From Deltaproteobacteria bacterium (lineage in GTDB: Bacteria; Myxococcota; Kuafuiibacteriia; Kuafuiibacteriales; Kuafuiibacteriaceae): a stretch of 64,000 nucleotides of DNA. The stretch is from positions 256,001-320,000 of the forward strand of contig JAVJQW010000070.1 of NCBI GenBank assembly GCA_040218735.1, given 5' to 3'. A program made the position numbers and the translations under genes. The notes beneath the pieces are model-generated. The model was not told where the DNA came from and ran no database searches. It worked only from the letters and a program-made list of their open reading frames with translations. The stretch's first letter is position 1. The number at the start of each line of letters is the position of its first letter. Below, piece by piece: positions 45,176 through 53,847 of this stretch.

Positions 45176-48100
45176 ATGAAGAAGACACGTCGCTCCCTCC
45201 CACCCTTCGTTCCCCCATCGACCGTCGTCGTCGGGCTCCTCCTGTCGACGTCGGCGTCCGCGGCGCTCCCGCCCGACGCCCCGGGCTGGGTCCACGCCGA
45301 AGAGGTGGCCATCGTCCCCGGTGAGAGCGTCGAGGCGTTCCTCGCGCGCGCCCCAGAAGCTCTGTCGTTGTCCGAAGACAGTGAGCTCGTCGCCACCCCC
45401 GAGGTCGCGTCGCTGTACGGCGGCCTCTCGATCGTCCGCGTTCGTCACCTCTACCAAGGCGTGGCCGTCGTCGACGACTCTCTGGTCTTGAGGGTCGACG
45501 ACGGCGTCGTCAGGTCCGCCCTCGCCCGCGTGGTGCCCAACCTCGTCGCGTCCCTCAGCCGTTTGGCTCCGCACGAGGAGGCGGAGAGTACGGCCACCCA
45601 TGCGTTCGTGGAGCTCGGTCTCGTCGTCCCCTCGCCGATCTGCACGACCCAGCTCGCGCGCCCGCCGGGTCACCCCGACGAGCTCCCCTCCGCCGTCTGG
45701 TCGTGCGTCGCCTACGACGCGACCGGCGTCTTCGCCGGTGAGGTCGTCCTCGACGCCTACTCGCTCGAGACTCGACTCATGCACGATGGCCACGCGCACT
45801 GGACTCCGACGACCGCCGTAGGCCCCACGGTCTACGACTCGGTCCAGAGCTTCTCCGCCGAGTCGCAAGCGACCTCGTCGCCAGCGCAGTGGCGGATGTC
45901 GGGCCCGAACATTCGGACGCTGACGATCAACTACACGGGTGATGCGTCCCTCTGGTACCCCTTCGCCGACACCGACATCACCACCTCGAACGCCCCGACC
46001 TTCCCGATGAGCGCGGCTCCCGAGGCCTCGCTCCACTGGGGCGGCGAACAAGCGCTGGCGATGCAGAACGCGTGGCTCGGGATCGACACGCGCGCTGCGA
46101 TGACGGCGCGCCTCGGGCAACCGCAGTTCATCAACCTCATGGTGCGAGGCCAGGACATCGCGGAGCAGGCCCGCAACGTCCTGCGTTTCGGCGAGTCGAA
46201 CGGACACCCGATCGGGACGCTCGACGTCGTCGGACACGAGTACGGGCACGCCGCGGTCGGATATCAGCAGACCATCGCGGCAGCGGACACGTCGTACCTC
46301 TACTCGGAGTGGGGATCGATGGAGGAGTCCCTCGCGGACATCCTCGGCTCGATGACCGAACTCAGGACCCGCACCACGACGGATTGGATCGTCGGGGGTG
46401 ACCTCCCGGCCAGCGTTGGCTTCAGCCGCCACATGATCGACCCCGCGCTGAGCGTGCCCCCTCAACCCGACGTGTACGGCGGTCAGTACTTCGTCCCCTC
46501 GCCGCTGCTACCGGACGGTTGGCCGCACCCCAACAGCTCGATCTACTCCTTGTGGTTCACCCGGATGGCGCTCGGTGCGACCGGCACCAACAGCGCGATG
46601 GTCGCCTACGACGTGGAGGGGATCGGCGCCGTCCCGGCGCAGAAGATCGCCTTCGGAACGTACATCGAGGAGCTGCCGACCCTCGGCACGTACTACGCCG
46701 CGACCAAGGCGTCGCAGGTCTTCATCCGTGACCACTGCGGTGACTTCTCTCGAGAGGCCCGCGCCTCCCACAACGCTTGGCACTCCGTCGGACTGCAGAC
46801 ATCGCCGGTGACGGGGAACGAATTCCTGGTCCCCGCAGACCAAGCGACCGCGGTCTCGCCGTGGCCCACGAAGCTGAAGTGGCAGGCCGCGATCAACGGG
46901 CCGGCGGAGACGACGTGGGAGATCGAGATCAGCACCGACGCCAACTTCGCGTCGGCGGCGACCCACAGCTACGTCTCGACGCAGTCCGAGGTCGACGGCG
47001 GCATCGGCGTCGGCATCATGGAGACCGACCTCGAGCCCGACACCATGTATTACTGGCGTGTCCGCAAGACCCCCTTCGCCGCGGACTTCGAGTGCTGGCG
47101 CCCGACGCGCAGCTTCACCACCTCCGACGCCGCGCCGACCCCGTTCTACCCGTCCGGCGGGACGATTCACCCCTGGGCGATCCCGTTCGCGTGGTCGCAG
47201 GTCGAAGGCGCGACGTTCTACGAGGTCGAGGTCTCGGACGGTGAGAAGGTGCTCTTCGAGAACCGTCAGGTCTTCGCAGCGGATCCCGAGGAGCCCGATC
47301 CCTCGGAGGCGATCACGGTGCCGAAGCTCGCCGAGTTGGTGTGGCGGGTGCGTGCGATCCGGCAGCCCCCGCCCCCGGCGCAGGGCGAGGTCTTCGGTGC
47401 GTGGAGCTCGCCGGTCTCCTTCATGACCGACGAGCCGCAAGCGATGCTCGTGAGCCCTCCGAACGGGAGCTATCAGTATCCGTGGCCCTTGGAGTTCGTC
47501 TGGCAGCCGCTGCGCGGCGCGACGTTCGACCTGTCGGCGGTGGGCGTGGGCCCGAAGAAGAGTCGGATGACGCCGATCCGCAACCTCGAGACAAAGGACA
47601 CCTTCGCGCTCGTCAGCGTGAACGCCGAAGCCGAACCGGCCGACAACACCGGTCTGGAGTGGGAGATCGCGACGCTCGGCCCGCCCCTCGGGAGCGAGTC
47701 GCTACCGGACGACGAGACCACCCGGGAGTCGGGGAAGATCTCGAGCGCTTGGACCGTGTACATCGACGGCCGCAACACGGAGGTCCATTCGGCGACGGCA
47801 CCGCTCGGCTGCCTGCCCTACAACTCCACGTTCACGTTCAGTTGGGCGCCCGTCGACGGAGCGAGCACTTACAGTGTCAGCGCGTACGGTCCAGCGACCG
47901 TCACGGAAGGCACCTCCGCGACGTTCGCGGCGAAGGCGCCGCAGGGCTACGGGGGCTTCCTCATCAGTATGGACGCCGAGACGACCAAGAACCTGGGACC
48001 GGGTTTCCTCCGCGCGAGCAACTTCGGCTCCACGTTCGAGCGGTACGAAGTCGCGCCGACCAAGCCGATCATCACCGCGATCTATCCGGACGCGTTCGAA

Positions 48101-48748
48101 CCGAAGGAGATGGACTACGACTGGTACAGCGAGTTCGCGAACAGCGACTACTGGGACGTCGAGCTGTACGAGGGCACGACGTGCTCGGGGAGCCTGGTCG
48201 CAGGCGGGACACACCGCTACCCGCCCGACGTCGAGGAGGGTCACAACTTCGGCGCGCGCTGGAACAACGTCCAACCGGGCGCCCACAGCATGAGGATCCG
48301 CAACGCCGCCAACAGCCTGTGCGCGCCCTCGCCGTGGTCCGACTGCGTCGCGTTCGACGGACCGAGACCGCCCGAGCCGGCCCCGCCGCCGAACGCCGCG
48401 ACGTGCGGGCAGCAGGTGGTGAACGGCGGCAACCTCGGCGCCTACTTCGCCGTGCAGCTACCGTCGACCGGCACGGGCCAGGTTCAACTGCAGTACGATC
48501 ACATCTGCGTTCCGGACCGCACGATCGTCCGCGATCCGTACGGCATCATCCTGCACGATACGGGCTGCGTCGCGACGCGAACTCCAGCGTCCCTCCCCGA
48601 AGGTTGCGAGGGGCCGGCCGTCTTCGTCGACGCGGGGTGGGCGCCATTCCTGACCTCGTCGTACGTGACAGTCCAGGTCATCCCGGACTGCATGCTCGCG
48701 AACAACACGGAGTGGGCGGTGAAGGTCGACTGCCAGATGGATCCGTAG
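45176..48748 (+). CDS. Secreted M4 (thermolysin-like) zinc metallopeptidase with C-terminal Fn3/Ig-like repeats
   Basis: Signal peptide; propeptide HLYQGVAV; LDVVGHEYGH; GSMEESLADI; GWPHPNSSI; repeated PWP..F/L.W modules. Confidence 0.9.
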   Translation: MKKTRRSLPPFVPPSTVVVGLLLSTSASAALPPDAPGWVHAEEVAIVPGESVEAFLARAPEALSLSEDSELVATPEVASLYGGLSIVRVRHLYQGVAVVDDSLVLRVDDGVVRSALARVVPNLVASLSRLAPHEEAESTATHAFVELGLVVPSPICTTQLARPPGHPDELPSAVWSCVAYDATGVFAGEVVLDAYSLETRLMHDGHAHWTPTTAVGPTVYDSVQSFSAESQATSSPAQWRMSGPNIRTLTINYTGDASLWYPFADTDITTSNAPTFPMSAAPEASLHWGGEQALAMQNAWLGIDTRAAMTARLGQPQFINLMVRGQDIAEQARNVLRFGESNGHPIGTLDVVGHEYGHAAVGYQQTIAAADTSYLYSEWGSMEESLADILGSMTELRTRTTTDWIVGGDLPASVGFSRHMIDPALSVPPQPDVYGGQYFVPSPLLPDGWPHPNSSIYSLWFTRMALGATGTNSAMVAYDVEGIGAVPAQKIAFGTYIEELPTLGTYYAATKASQVFIRDHCGDFSREARASHNAWHSVGLQTSPVTGNEFLVPADQATAVSPWPTKLKWQAAINGPAETTWEIEISTDANFASAATHSYVSTQSEVDGGIGVGIMETDLEPDTMYYWRVRKTPFAADFECWRPTRSFTTSDAAPTPFYPSGGTIHPWAIPFAWSQVEGATFYEVEVSDGEKVLFENRQVFAADPEEPDPSEAITVPKLAELVWRVRAIRQPPPPAQGEVFGAWSSPVSFMTDEPQAMLVSPPNGSYQYPWPLEFVWQPLRGATFDLSAVGVGPKKSRMTPIRNLETKDTFALVSVNAEAEPADNTGLEWEIATLGPPLGSESLPDDETTRESGKISSAWTVYIDGRNTEVHSATAPLGCLPYNSTFTFSWAPVDGASTYSVSAYGPATVTEGTSATFAAKAPQGYGGFLISMDAETTKNLGPGFLRASNFGSTFERYEVAPTKPIITAIYPDAFEPKEMDYDWYSEFANSDYWDVELYEGTTCSGSLVAGGTHRYPPDVEEGHNFGARWNNVQPGAHSMRIRNAANSLCAPSPWSDCVAFDGPRPPEPAPPPNAATCGQQVVNGGNLGAYFAVQLPSTGTGQVQLQYDHICVPDRTIVRDPYGIILHDTGCVATRTPASLPEGCEGPAVFVDAGWAPFLTSSYVTVQVIPDCMLANNTEWAVKVDCQMDP

Positions 48749-48775
48749 GGGCCCTCTGACAGGAACCTGAACGGG

Positions 48776-49867
48776 CTACGCGCTCAGCGCGGCGCGTGCG
48801 AGTAGCGACCAGCGCGAGAACGCGCCCGCGAAGGCCCTGTCGCCGGAGCGCGCGGGGACGCCGATCAAACGAACCTTGTCGCCGTCGACGTCGATCCACA
48901 GGCGACCGTCCGCCTTCGAGCCCGTCGCAAGGCCGATCATCAGCAGCCCCAAACCCGCGAGCAGCAACAGCCCCGCGGAGGACTGCGACAGGCCCTTCCC
49001 TGGCGTCGGCTTGCGCCCCATCGAGCGCGCCTTCACGGCGACGAAGCCCTGGCGGTGTTTCTCGTCGAAGCCCTCCGGCGCGTTCAGGTAGACCCAGAAC
49101 TCGTCGATGCGCTTCGTGTCGTCGATGACCTTCTCGATGCGGACCGCCGGGCCCATGCCGTCCTTCGTCGCCGCGTAGTTCCGGAGGAAGTAACGCGGAC
49201 GCCACTGGAAGAACTGGCGGCTCTCGTCCTCCACCATGTCGAACAGGCCGACCGTCTGCGTGCGGCTGTCCTTCACCTCGAGCACCGCGCTCACCATCGT
49301 GTTCACGAGCGGCACCGGCTGCGCCGCGAGGCCCGCTCCGACCACCAGCGCGATCAAACCGAGGTGGGCGAGGAGCGGCGCCATGTCCGCCGACGGGCTC
49401 GTCTGAAACGACATCGTGACCCGAGCGCCCTCGACACGCTCGTCCGTCGGCGCCGATCCCAACACCGCGCGGAACGACTCACGCAGCTGCTCCACCGCGA
49501 GCTCGGGCGTCGTCGACGCCAGCTCCACCGTGTGCGGCGCACCCGCCGGCGCCACGCCGAAGTCCTGGTCCACGCGGTCGCGCTTCAACACCCGAACCGT
49601 CACCGCGAGGACGTTCGCGAGGATCAACACCCCGAGCGCACGCACCCACGCCGTCTCGAAGAGATCCGTCAGCCCCCACGCGGCGAGCTCCTGAAGCTGC
49701 TCGGTGTGTGGCAAGCGCATCAGCGCCATCGCCTCGCGGCCCTGCGGCACGACGGCCGCGACCCCCGCCAGCAACGCCAAGAGGATCGCCAACACGGCCG
49801 TCGTCCGCATGGACGACAGCACGAGCCAGAACCGGTCCACGAGGTTCAGCTCGTCACGCGCGCTCAT
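48776..49867 (-). CDS. resB: ResB/CcsB-like cytochrome c biogenesis protein
   Basis: LSSMRTTAVLAILLALLAGVAAVVPQG, GLTDLFETAW, LLAHLGLI; shorter than typical. Confidence 0.7.
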   Translation of the reverse strand: MSARDELNLVDRFWLVLSSMRTTAVLAILLALLAGVAAVVPQGREAMALMRLPHTEQLQELAAWGLTDLFETAWVRALGVLILANVLAVTVRVLKRDRVDQDFGVAPAGAPHTVELASTTPELAVEQLRESFRAVLGSAPTDERVEGARVTMSFQTSPSADMAPLLAHLGLIALVVGAGLAAQPVPLVNTMVSAVLEVKDSRTQTVGLFDMVEDESRQFFQWRPRYFLRNYAATKDGMGPAVRIEKVIDDTKRIDEFWVYLNAPEGFDEKHRQGFVAVKARSMGRKPTPGKGLSQSSAGLLLLAGLGLLMIGLATGSKADGRLWIDVDGDKVRLIGVPARSGDRAFAGAFSRWSLLARAALSA

Positions 49868-50340
49868 GGCGACCCTGCTTCTACCTCAGGCTCCGCCTCC
49901 GCGGAACGCAGGCGGCTGTGGTTCACCAGCTTCACCGCCTCGGCGTACACAAACGACGCGACGTTCGGCGTGTCCTGCGCGTGACAGGGGCGGCACGTCT
50001 GCTCGTCGACCTTCTCCAGGCCGAGGAGCTTCGAGAGGCGCTCGTCGCGCATCACGTTGTCCGGCGCGTACAGGCTCCCCGCCCCGTGGCAGGACTCACA
50101 CTGCACCCCCGCCAACCGCGGATCGCGGCTCTCCGGCGCAGTGGTGTGGCAACCGCGGCACGCGGCGTCGTCCGCCTGGCGCTTCGTGAGATGCGCGAGC
50201 GCCGTGGCGTGCCCCGACTTCTTCCAGTCGGCGTACTCCTTCTCGTGGCAGGTGCCGCACTGTTCGGCGCCGATGAAGTCGGCCGCGACCGCCGGTCCGG
50301 CGACCAGCAGCGTGCCCAGGGCGATGACGAGCCTGCGCAT
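49864..50340 (-). CDS. Tetraheme cytochrome c (c554-like)
   Basis: Signal peptide; CGTCH, CRGCH, CESCH, CRPCH; WKKSGHA; ATG 50340. Confidence 0.9.
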   Translation of the reverse strand: MRRLVIALGTLLVAGPAVAADFIGAEQCGTCHEKEYADWKKSGHATALAHLTKRQADDAACRGCHTTAPESRDPRLAGVQCESCHGAGSLYAPDNVMRDERLSKLLGLEKVDEQTCRPCHAQDTPNVASFVYAEAVKLVNHSRLRSAEAEPEVEAGSP

Positions 50341-50426
50341 GTCGGGCGGGAGCCTACTGAGGCGCGTGGCCCGTGTCCAAGCAACAATGCACGCCGTCGT
50401 CGCCAATGCCTGCTAGGGTCGCCCCC

Positions 50427-51026
50427 GTGCGGGTGGTGGGCCTGACGGGCGGAATCGGCTCGGGCAAGTCGACCGTGGCGCGGATGCTCGCCGCGCGCGG
50501 CGCGACGATCGTCGACGCGGATCGGATCGCCAAGGCGGTCGTAGAGCCGGGGACGGACGGCCTCGCCGCCATCGCCGCGCGCTGGCCCGAGGTCGTGGTG
50601 GACGGCGCCCTGGATCGCCGCGCGCTCGGGCGGATCGTCTTCGGCGACGACGAAGCCCGCGCCGCCCTGAACGCCATCGTCCACCCCCGTGTCGCCGCGA
50701 GGACCGCGCAGGCCATCGCCGCCGCCGCCGAGGCCGGGGCGCCGCTGATCGTCTACGACGTCCCCCTCCTCTACGAGAACGGCCTGGAGGCGCAGGTCGC
50801 CGAGGTCATCGTGGTCTTCACCTCCGACGCCCAACGCCGCGAACGCATCCGCGCACGCGACGACCTGTCCGACGAAGAGATCGAAGGCCGCATCGCGGCC
50901 CAGCTCCCGCTCGAAGAGAAGGTCCGCCGCGCGGACCACGTCATCGACAACGACGGCACGCTCGAAGCGACCGAACACCAGGTCGATGCCCTCTACGCCC
51001 AGCTCACCCGCGAGGACGCGAAATGA
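50427..51026 (+). CDS. coaE: Dephospho-CoA kinase
   Basis: VGLTGGIGSGKSTV, VDADRIA, LNAIVHPRV, DVPLLYE, ADHVIDN; start approximate. Confidence 0.97.
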   Translation: MRVVGLTGGIGSGKSTVARMLAARGATIVDADRIAKAVVEPGTDGLAAIAARWPEVVVDGALDRRALGRIVFGDDEARAALNAIVHPRVAARTAQAIAAAAEAGAPLIVYDVPLLYENGLEAQVAEVIVVFTSDAQRRERIRARDDLSDEEIEGRIAAQLPLEEKVRRADHVIDNDGTLEATEHQVDALYAQLTREDAK

Positions 51027-52102
51027 CTCGACACGTTTTCATCACCGGCTTCCCGGGGTTCATCGCGCGCAACCTGCTGAAGAAGCTCCTCGCGGTGGAC
51101 CCGGAGGTCACCGTCACGGCGCTGGTCGAAGCCGGCCGCGAGCAGGAGGCGAAGGAGGCGCTCTACGGCGTCGACCAACACGACACCGGCGACCTCGCCG
51201 CGAGCGTCCGCGTCGCGACGGTGGTCGGCGACGTCACCGCGATGGACCTCGGCCTCGCCGGCGCGGAGTTCCGGGCCATCACCTCGCGCACGACCGAGAT
51301 CTACCACCTGGCCGCCGTGCACGCGGTCGCCGCGGATCGGTCCATCGCCGAGCGCGTCAACGTGCGGGGGACGGCGAGTGTCCTCGCGATCGCCGAAGCC
51401 ACGACGAACCTCGAACGCTTCGTGCACTTCTCCAGCGCCTACGTCAGCGGCGACCGGACCGGCGTCATCCTCGAAGACGAGCTCGAGGAGGGCCAGAGCT
51501 TCAAGAACGCGTACGAGGCCACGAAGTACCAGGCGGAGGTGCTCGTCGAACGCGCGAAGAAGCGGCTGCCGTGCACGGTGATCCGGCCCGGAGCCGTCGT
51601 CGGCGACTCACGCACCGGCGCGATCGATCGCTTCGACAGCGTCTACCAGCTCGCGATGATGCTGGTCGCGTCGCCGGTGTCCGTGCCGATCCCCCTGAAG
51701 GGCGACGGCCGCGCGCCGATGAACCTCGTCCCCGTCGACTACGTCGTGGACGCCGTGCACGCGATCGTGAGCTCGCCGGCGAGCATCGGGCACACCTATC
51801 ACGTCGTGGACCCGAACCCCCTCCCCGCGCGGCGCGTCTACGAGCTGGTCGCCGAGCGCGCCGGCAAACCGCTGCCCAAGCGCACCGTGTCGCCGAACCT
51901 GACCAAGGCGCTGCTCAAGATCCCGGGGCTCGAGAAGCTCGCGTCACTCCAGGGCGAAGCGATCGACTACCTGAACCAGATGGCCTTCTACAACTCGACG
52001 CAGACCGCGGAGCTGCTCGTGGGCACCGGCATCCGGTGCCCGCCGTTTTCGGACTACCTCGAAAACCTCATGAGCTACGCGCGCGAGCGCACCACGCGTT
52101 GA
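51023..52102 (+). CDS. Extended SDR / NAD-binding (male-sterility-type) oxidoreductase
   Basis: FITGFPGFIA, YHLAA, NVRGT, YEATK, RPGAVVGDS. Confidence 0.9.
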   Translation: MTRHVFITGFPGFIARNLLKKLLAVDPEVTVTALVEAGREQEAKEALYGVDQHDTGDLAASVRVATVVGDVTAMDLGLAGAEFRAITSRTTEIYHLAAVHAVAADRSIAERVNVRGTASVLAIAEATTNLERFVHFSSAYVSGDRTGVILEDELEEGQSFKNAYEATKYQAEVLVERAKKRLPCTVIRPGAVVGDSRTGAIDRFDSVYQLAMMLVASPVSVPIPLKGDGRAPMNLVPVDYVVDAVHAIVSSPASIGHTYHVVDPNPLPARRVYELVAERAGKPLPKRTVSPNLTKALLKIPGLEKLASLQGEAIDYLNQMAFYNSTQTAELLVGTGIRCPPFSDYLENLMSYARERTTR

Positions 52103-52105
52103 TCG

Positions 52106-53317
52106 CTACGGGGCGCACGGCGCTCCGCACGACACACTCGCGGTCACGGTGCCGCTGAAGTCGCAGGTCACGATCGAACCGCGCACGCAGACCGTCGCCC
52201 CCGGGACACACCGATAGCGCGCCTCGACGTCGCGGATGTCGTGCAGCTCGGGGACCGAGCCGCAGCCAAAGCCACCGGTCTCGATGCACTCCACGTGCGC
52301 GGTCGCCTGTTGCGTGGTGCTCTCGAACTGGGCGTCGCCGAACCCGCTGCTGAACGGGATGGGGAGACAATCGAGCGACAGCAACGTGAGGTCGAGCTGC
52401 GTCCCGGTCGTCGTCCGGCCGGTCTCGCCGTAGTACGCGTTCGTCAGCGGCGCCACACGCAGGCGCAGCGACCCGGACGATCCCACCTGGGTCACCTCGA
52501 GGCCTCCGACGTAGGGCGTCGTCGTGCAGTTCGCGTCCGGGACGCAGTTGTACAGAGCGCTCGTCGTGCACCAGCGCTGCACGACCGTCCCTTCGTAGAA
52601 GCCAACGGGGTACGGCGCGCTCGGCGTCGCGCAGAAGCCCGCGTCGGGCGCGACCCCCGCGTCGAGGCCGGCGTCGAGGCCCGCATCGACGCCGGCGTCG
52701 AGCGCGAAGCCGCCGTCGTAGACCGCGCCTCCGTCGCGAAGAAACCCGCCGTCTCTCAGCGTGCCGCCGTCGCCGGGGCCGCCGTCGTACGCGACGCCGC
52801 CGTCCCGGAGCGGGCCGCCGTCGTACGCGACGCCGCCGTCCCGGAGCGGGCCGCCGTCGTAGAGGACGCCGCCGTCGCGTAGGGGGCCGCCGTCGTAGAA
52901 GACGCCGCCGTCCCGGAGCGGGCCGCCGTCGTGCGCGACGCCTCCGTCCCGGAGCGGGCCGCCGTCCCGGAGCGGGCCGCCGTCGTAGGCGACGCCACCG
53001 TCGCGCGCGGTGCCACCGTCGCGGGCGCCGCCGTCCCCGAGGCCTCCGTCACGCCCCCCACCGTCACGGGCGCCGCCGTCGCGGGCACCGCCGTCCTCGC
53101 GCCCGCCGTCACGGAGGCCACCGTCCACCGTCCCCGCGTCGTCGGCCCCGCCGTCCCGGGTCGCGCCCGCGTCCGCCGCACCCGCGTCGCGGTCGCCCGG
53201 CCCGGCGTCGAACGCGCTGGCGTCGCCTCCGCCACCATCACGAACCGGCGTGGTGGCCCCGCCGGTGCAGGCCATCAGCGCCACCGTCAACGCGGCGACG
53301 GCGCTCCGTCCCCACAC
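52106..53317 (-). CDS. Hypothetical lipoprotein with long DGG-repeat stalk and Cys-rich C-terminal domain
   Basis: Lipobox LMAC after GTG 53317 (inferred); many xDGG/xDAG repeats. Confidence 0.75.
   Translation of the reverse strand: MWGRSAVAALTVALMACTGGATTPVRDGGGGDASAFDAGPGDRDAGAADAGATRDGGADDAGTVDGGLRDGGREDGGARDGGARDGGGRDGGLGDGGARDGGTARDGGVAYDGGPLRDGGPLRDGGVAHDGGPLRDGGVFYDGGPLRDGGVLYDGGPLRDGGVAYDGGPLRDGGVAYDGGPGDGGTLRDGGFLRDGGAVYDGGFALDAGVDAGLDAGLDAGVAPDAGFCATPSAPYPVGFYEGTVVQRWCTTSALYNCVPDANCTTTPYVGGLEVTQVGSSGSLRLRVAPLTNAYYGETGRTTTGTQLDLTLLSLDCLPIPFSSGFGDAQFESTTQQATAHVECIETGGFGCGSVPELHDIRDVEARYRCVPGATVCVRGSIVTCDFSGTVTASVSCGAPCAP
52640..53230 (-). repeat. Coding tandem repeat, 15/18/36-bp units encoding RDGGA and RDGGVxYDGGPL
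   Basis: Repeated gccgccgtcccggagcgggccgccgtcgta units read directly. Confidence 0.9.
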
Positions 53318-53441
53318 GTCCCCATCGATCCGGTGCCTCACGCGAATCCCCCCAAAGGATACAGTGCCGCTCTTCGCCGGATCGTTCGAGCCCCGGAGTC
53401 TTCGACGCAACGTCCCAGGATGTAAGTCGATAACCCACCCC

Positions 53442-53846
53442 ATGATCGGCTCGATGCCTCCCAAGCCCCTGAGCTCCGCCCTCGACTGGGCCCTGCACGG
53501 CGTCAAAGACGGACGCGGCGCGGTGAACCGCACCAGCAACGACCGTGAAGGCGTCGTCGTGCTCGACGGCGGCGAGGCGCGCGGCCTGATCGACAAGATG
53601 CGCGGCTTCACCCGCTCCAGCGACGCCACGCAGGTCGCGCGCGGCGCGGACAGCATGAAGGACCTCTACCAGCGCATCCAGCGCGGTCAGGTGAACCTCA
53701 CCGGCGACGCTCCGCAGGTCCTCAACCGCTACGCGTTCATGGCGGAGCTGCCGTTCATGAGCTTCACGGCCGCCGAGCTCGGCGCCGCGGTGGGCCGCAT
53801 CAACCCCGGCTTCCGCGCCGTCCAGCGCGCCTTCGACGGCGAATAG
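53442..53846 (+). CDS. Hypothetical protein (134 aa)
   Basis: High-GC3 frame from ATG 53442, convergent with rhomboid. Confidence 0.7.
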   Translation: MIGSMPPKPLSSALDWALHGVKDGRGAVNRTSNDREGVVVLDGGEARGLIDKMRGFTRSSDATQVARGADSMKDLYQRIQRGQVNLTGDAPQVLNRYAFMAELPFMSFTAAELGAAVGRINPGFRAVQRAFDGE

Positions 53847-53847
53847 A

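Noticed and set aside
44936-46465. N-terminal ~500 aa of the 1383-aa CHAT ORF
   Set aside because: Antisense to the M4 gene and crosses the promoter region; a lipobox start at 44935 is more plausible
38610-48775. Calling the protease block a mobile element
   Set aside because: No integrase, transposase, att sites or terminal repeats visible; kept only as an inference under findings
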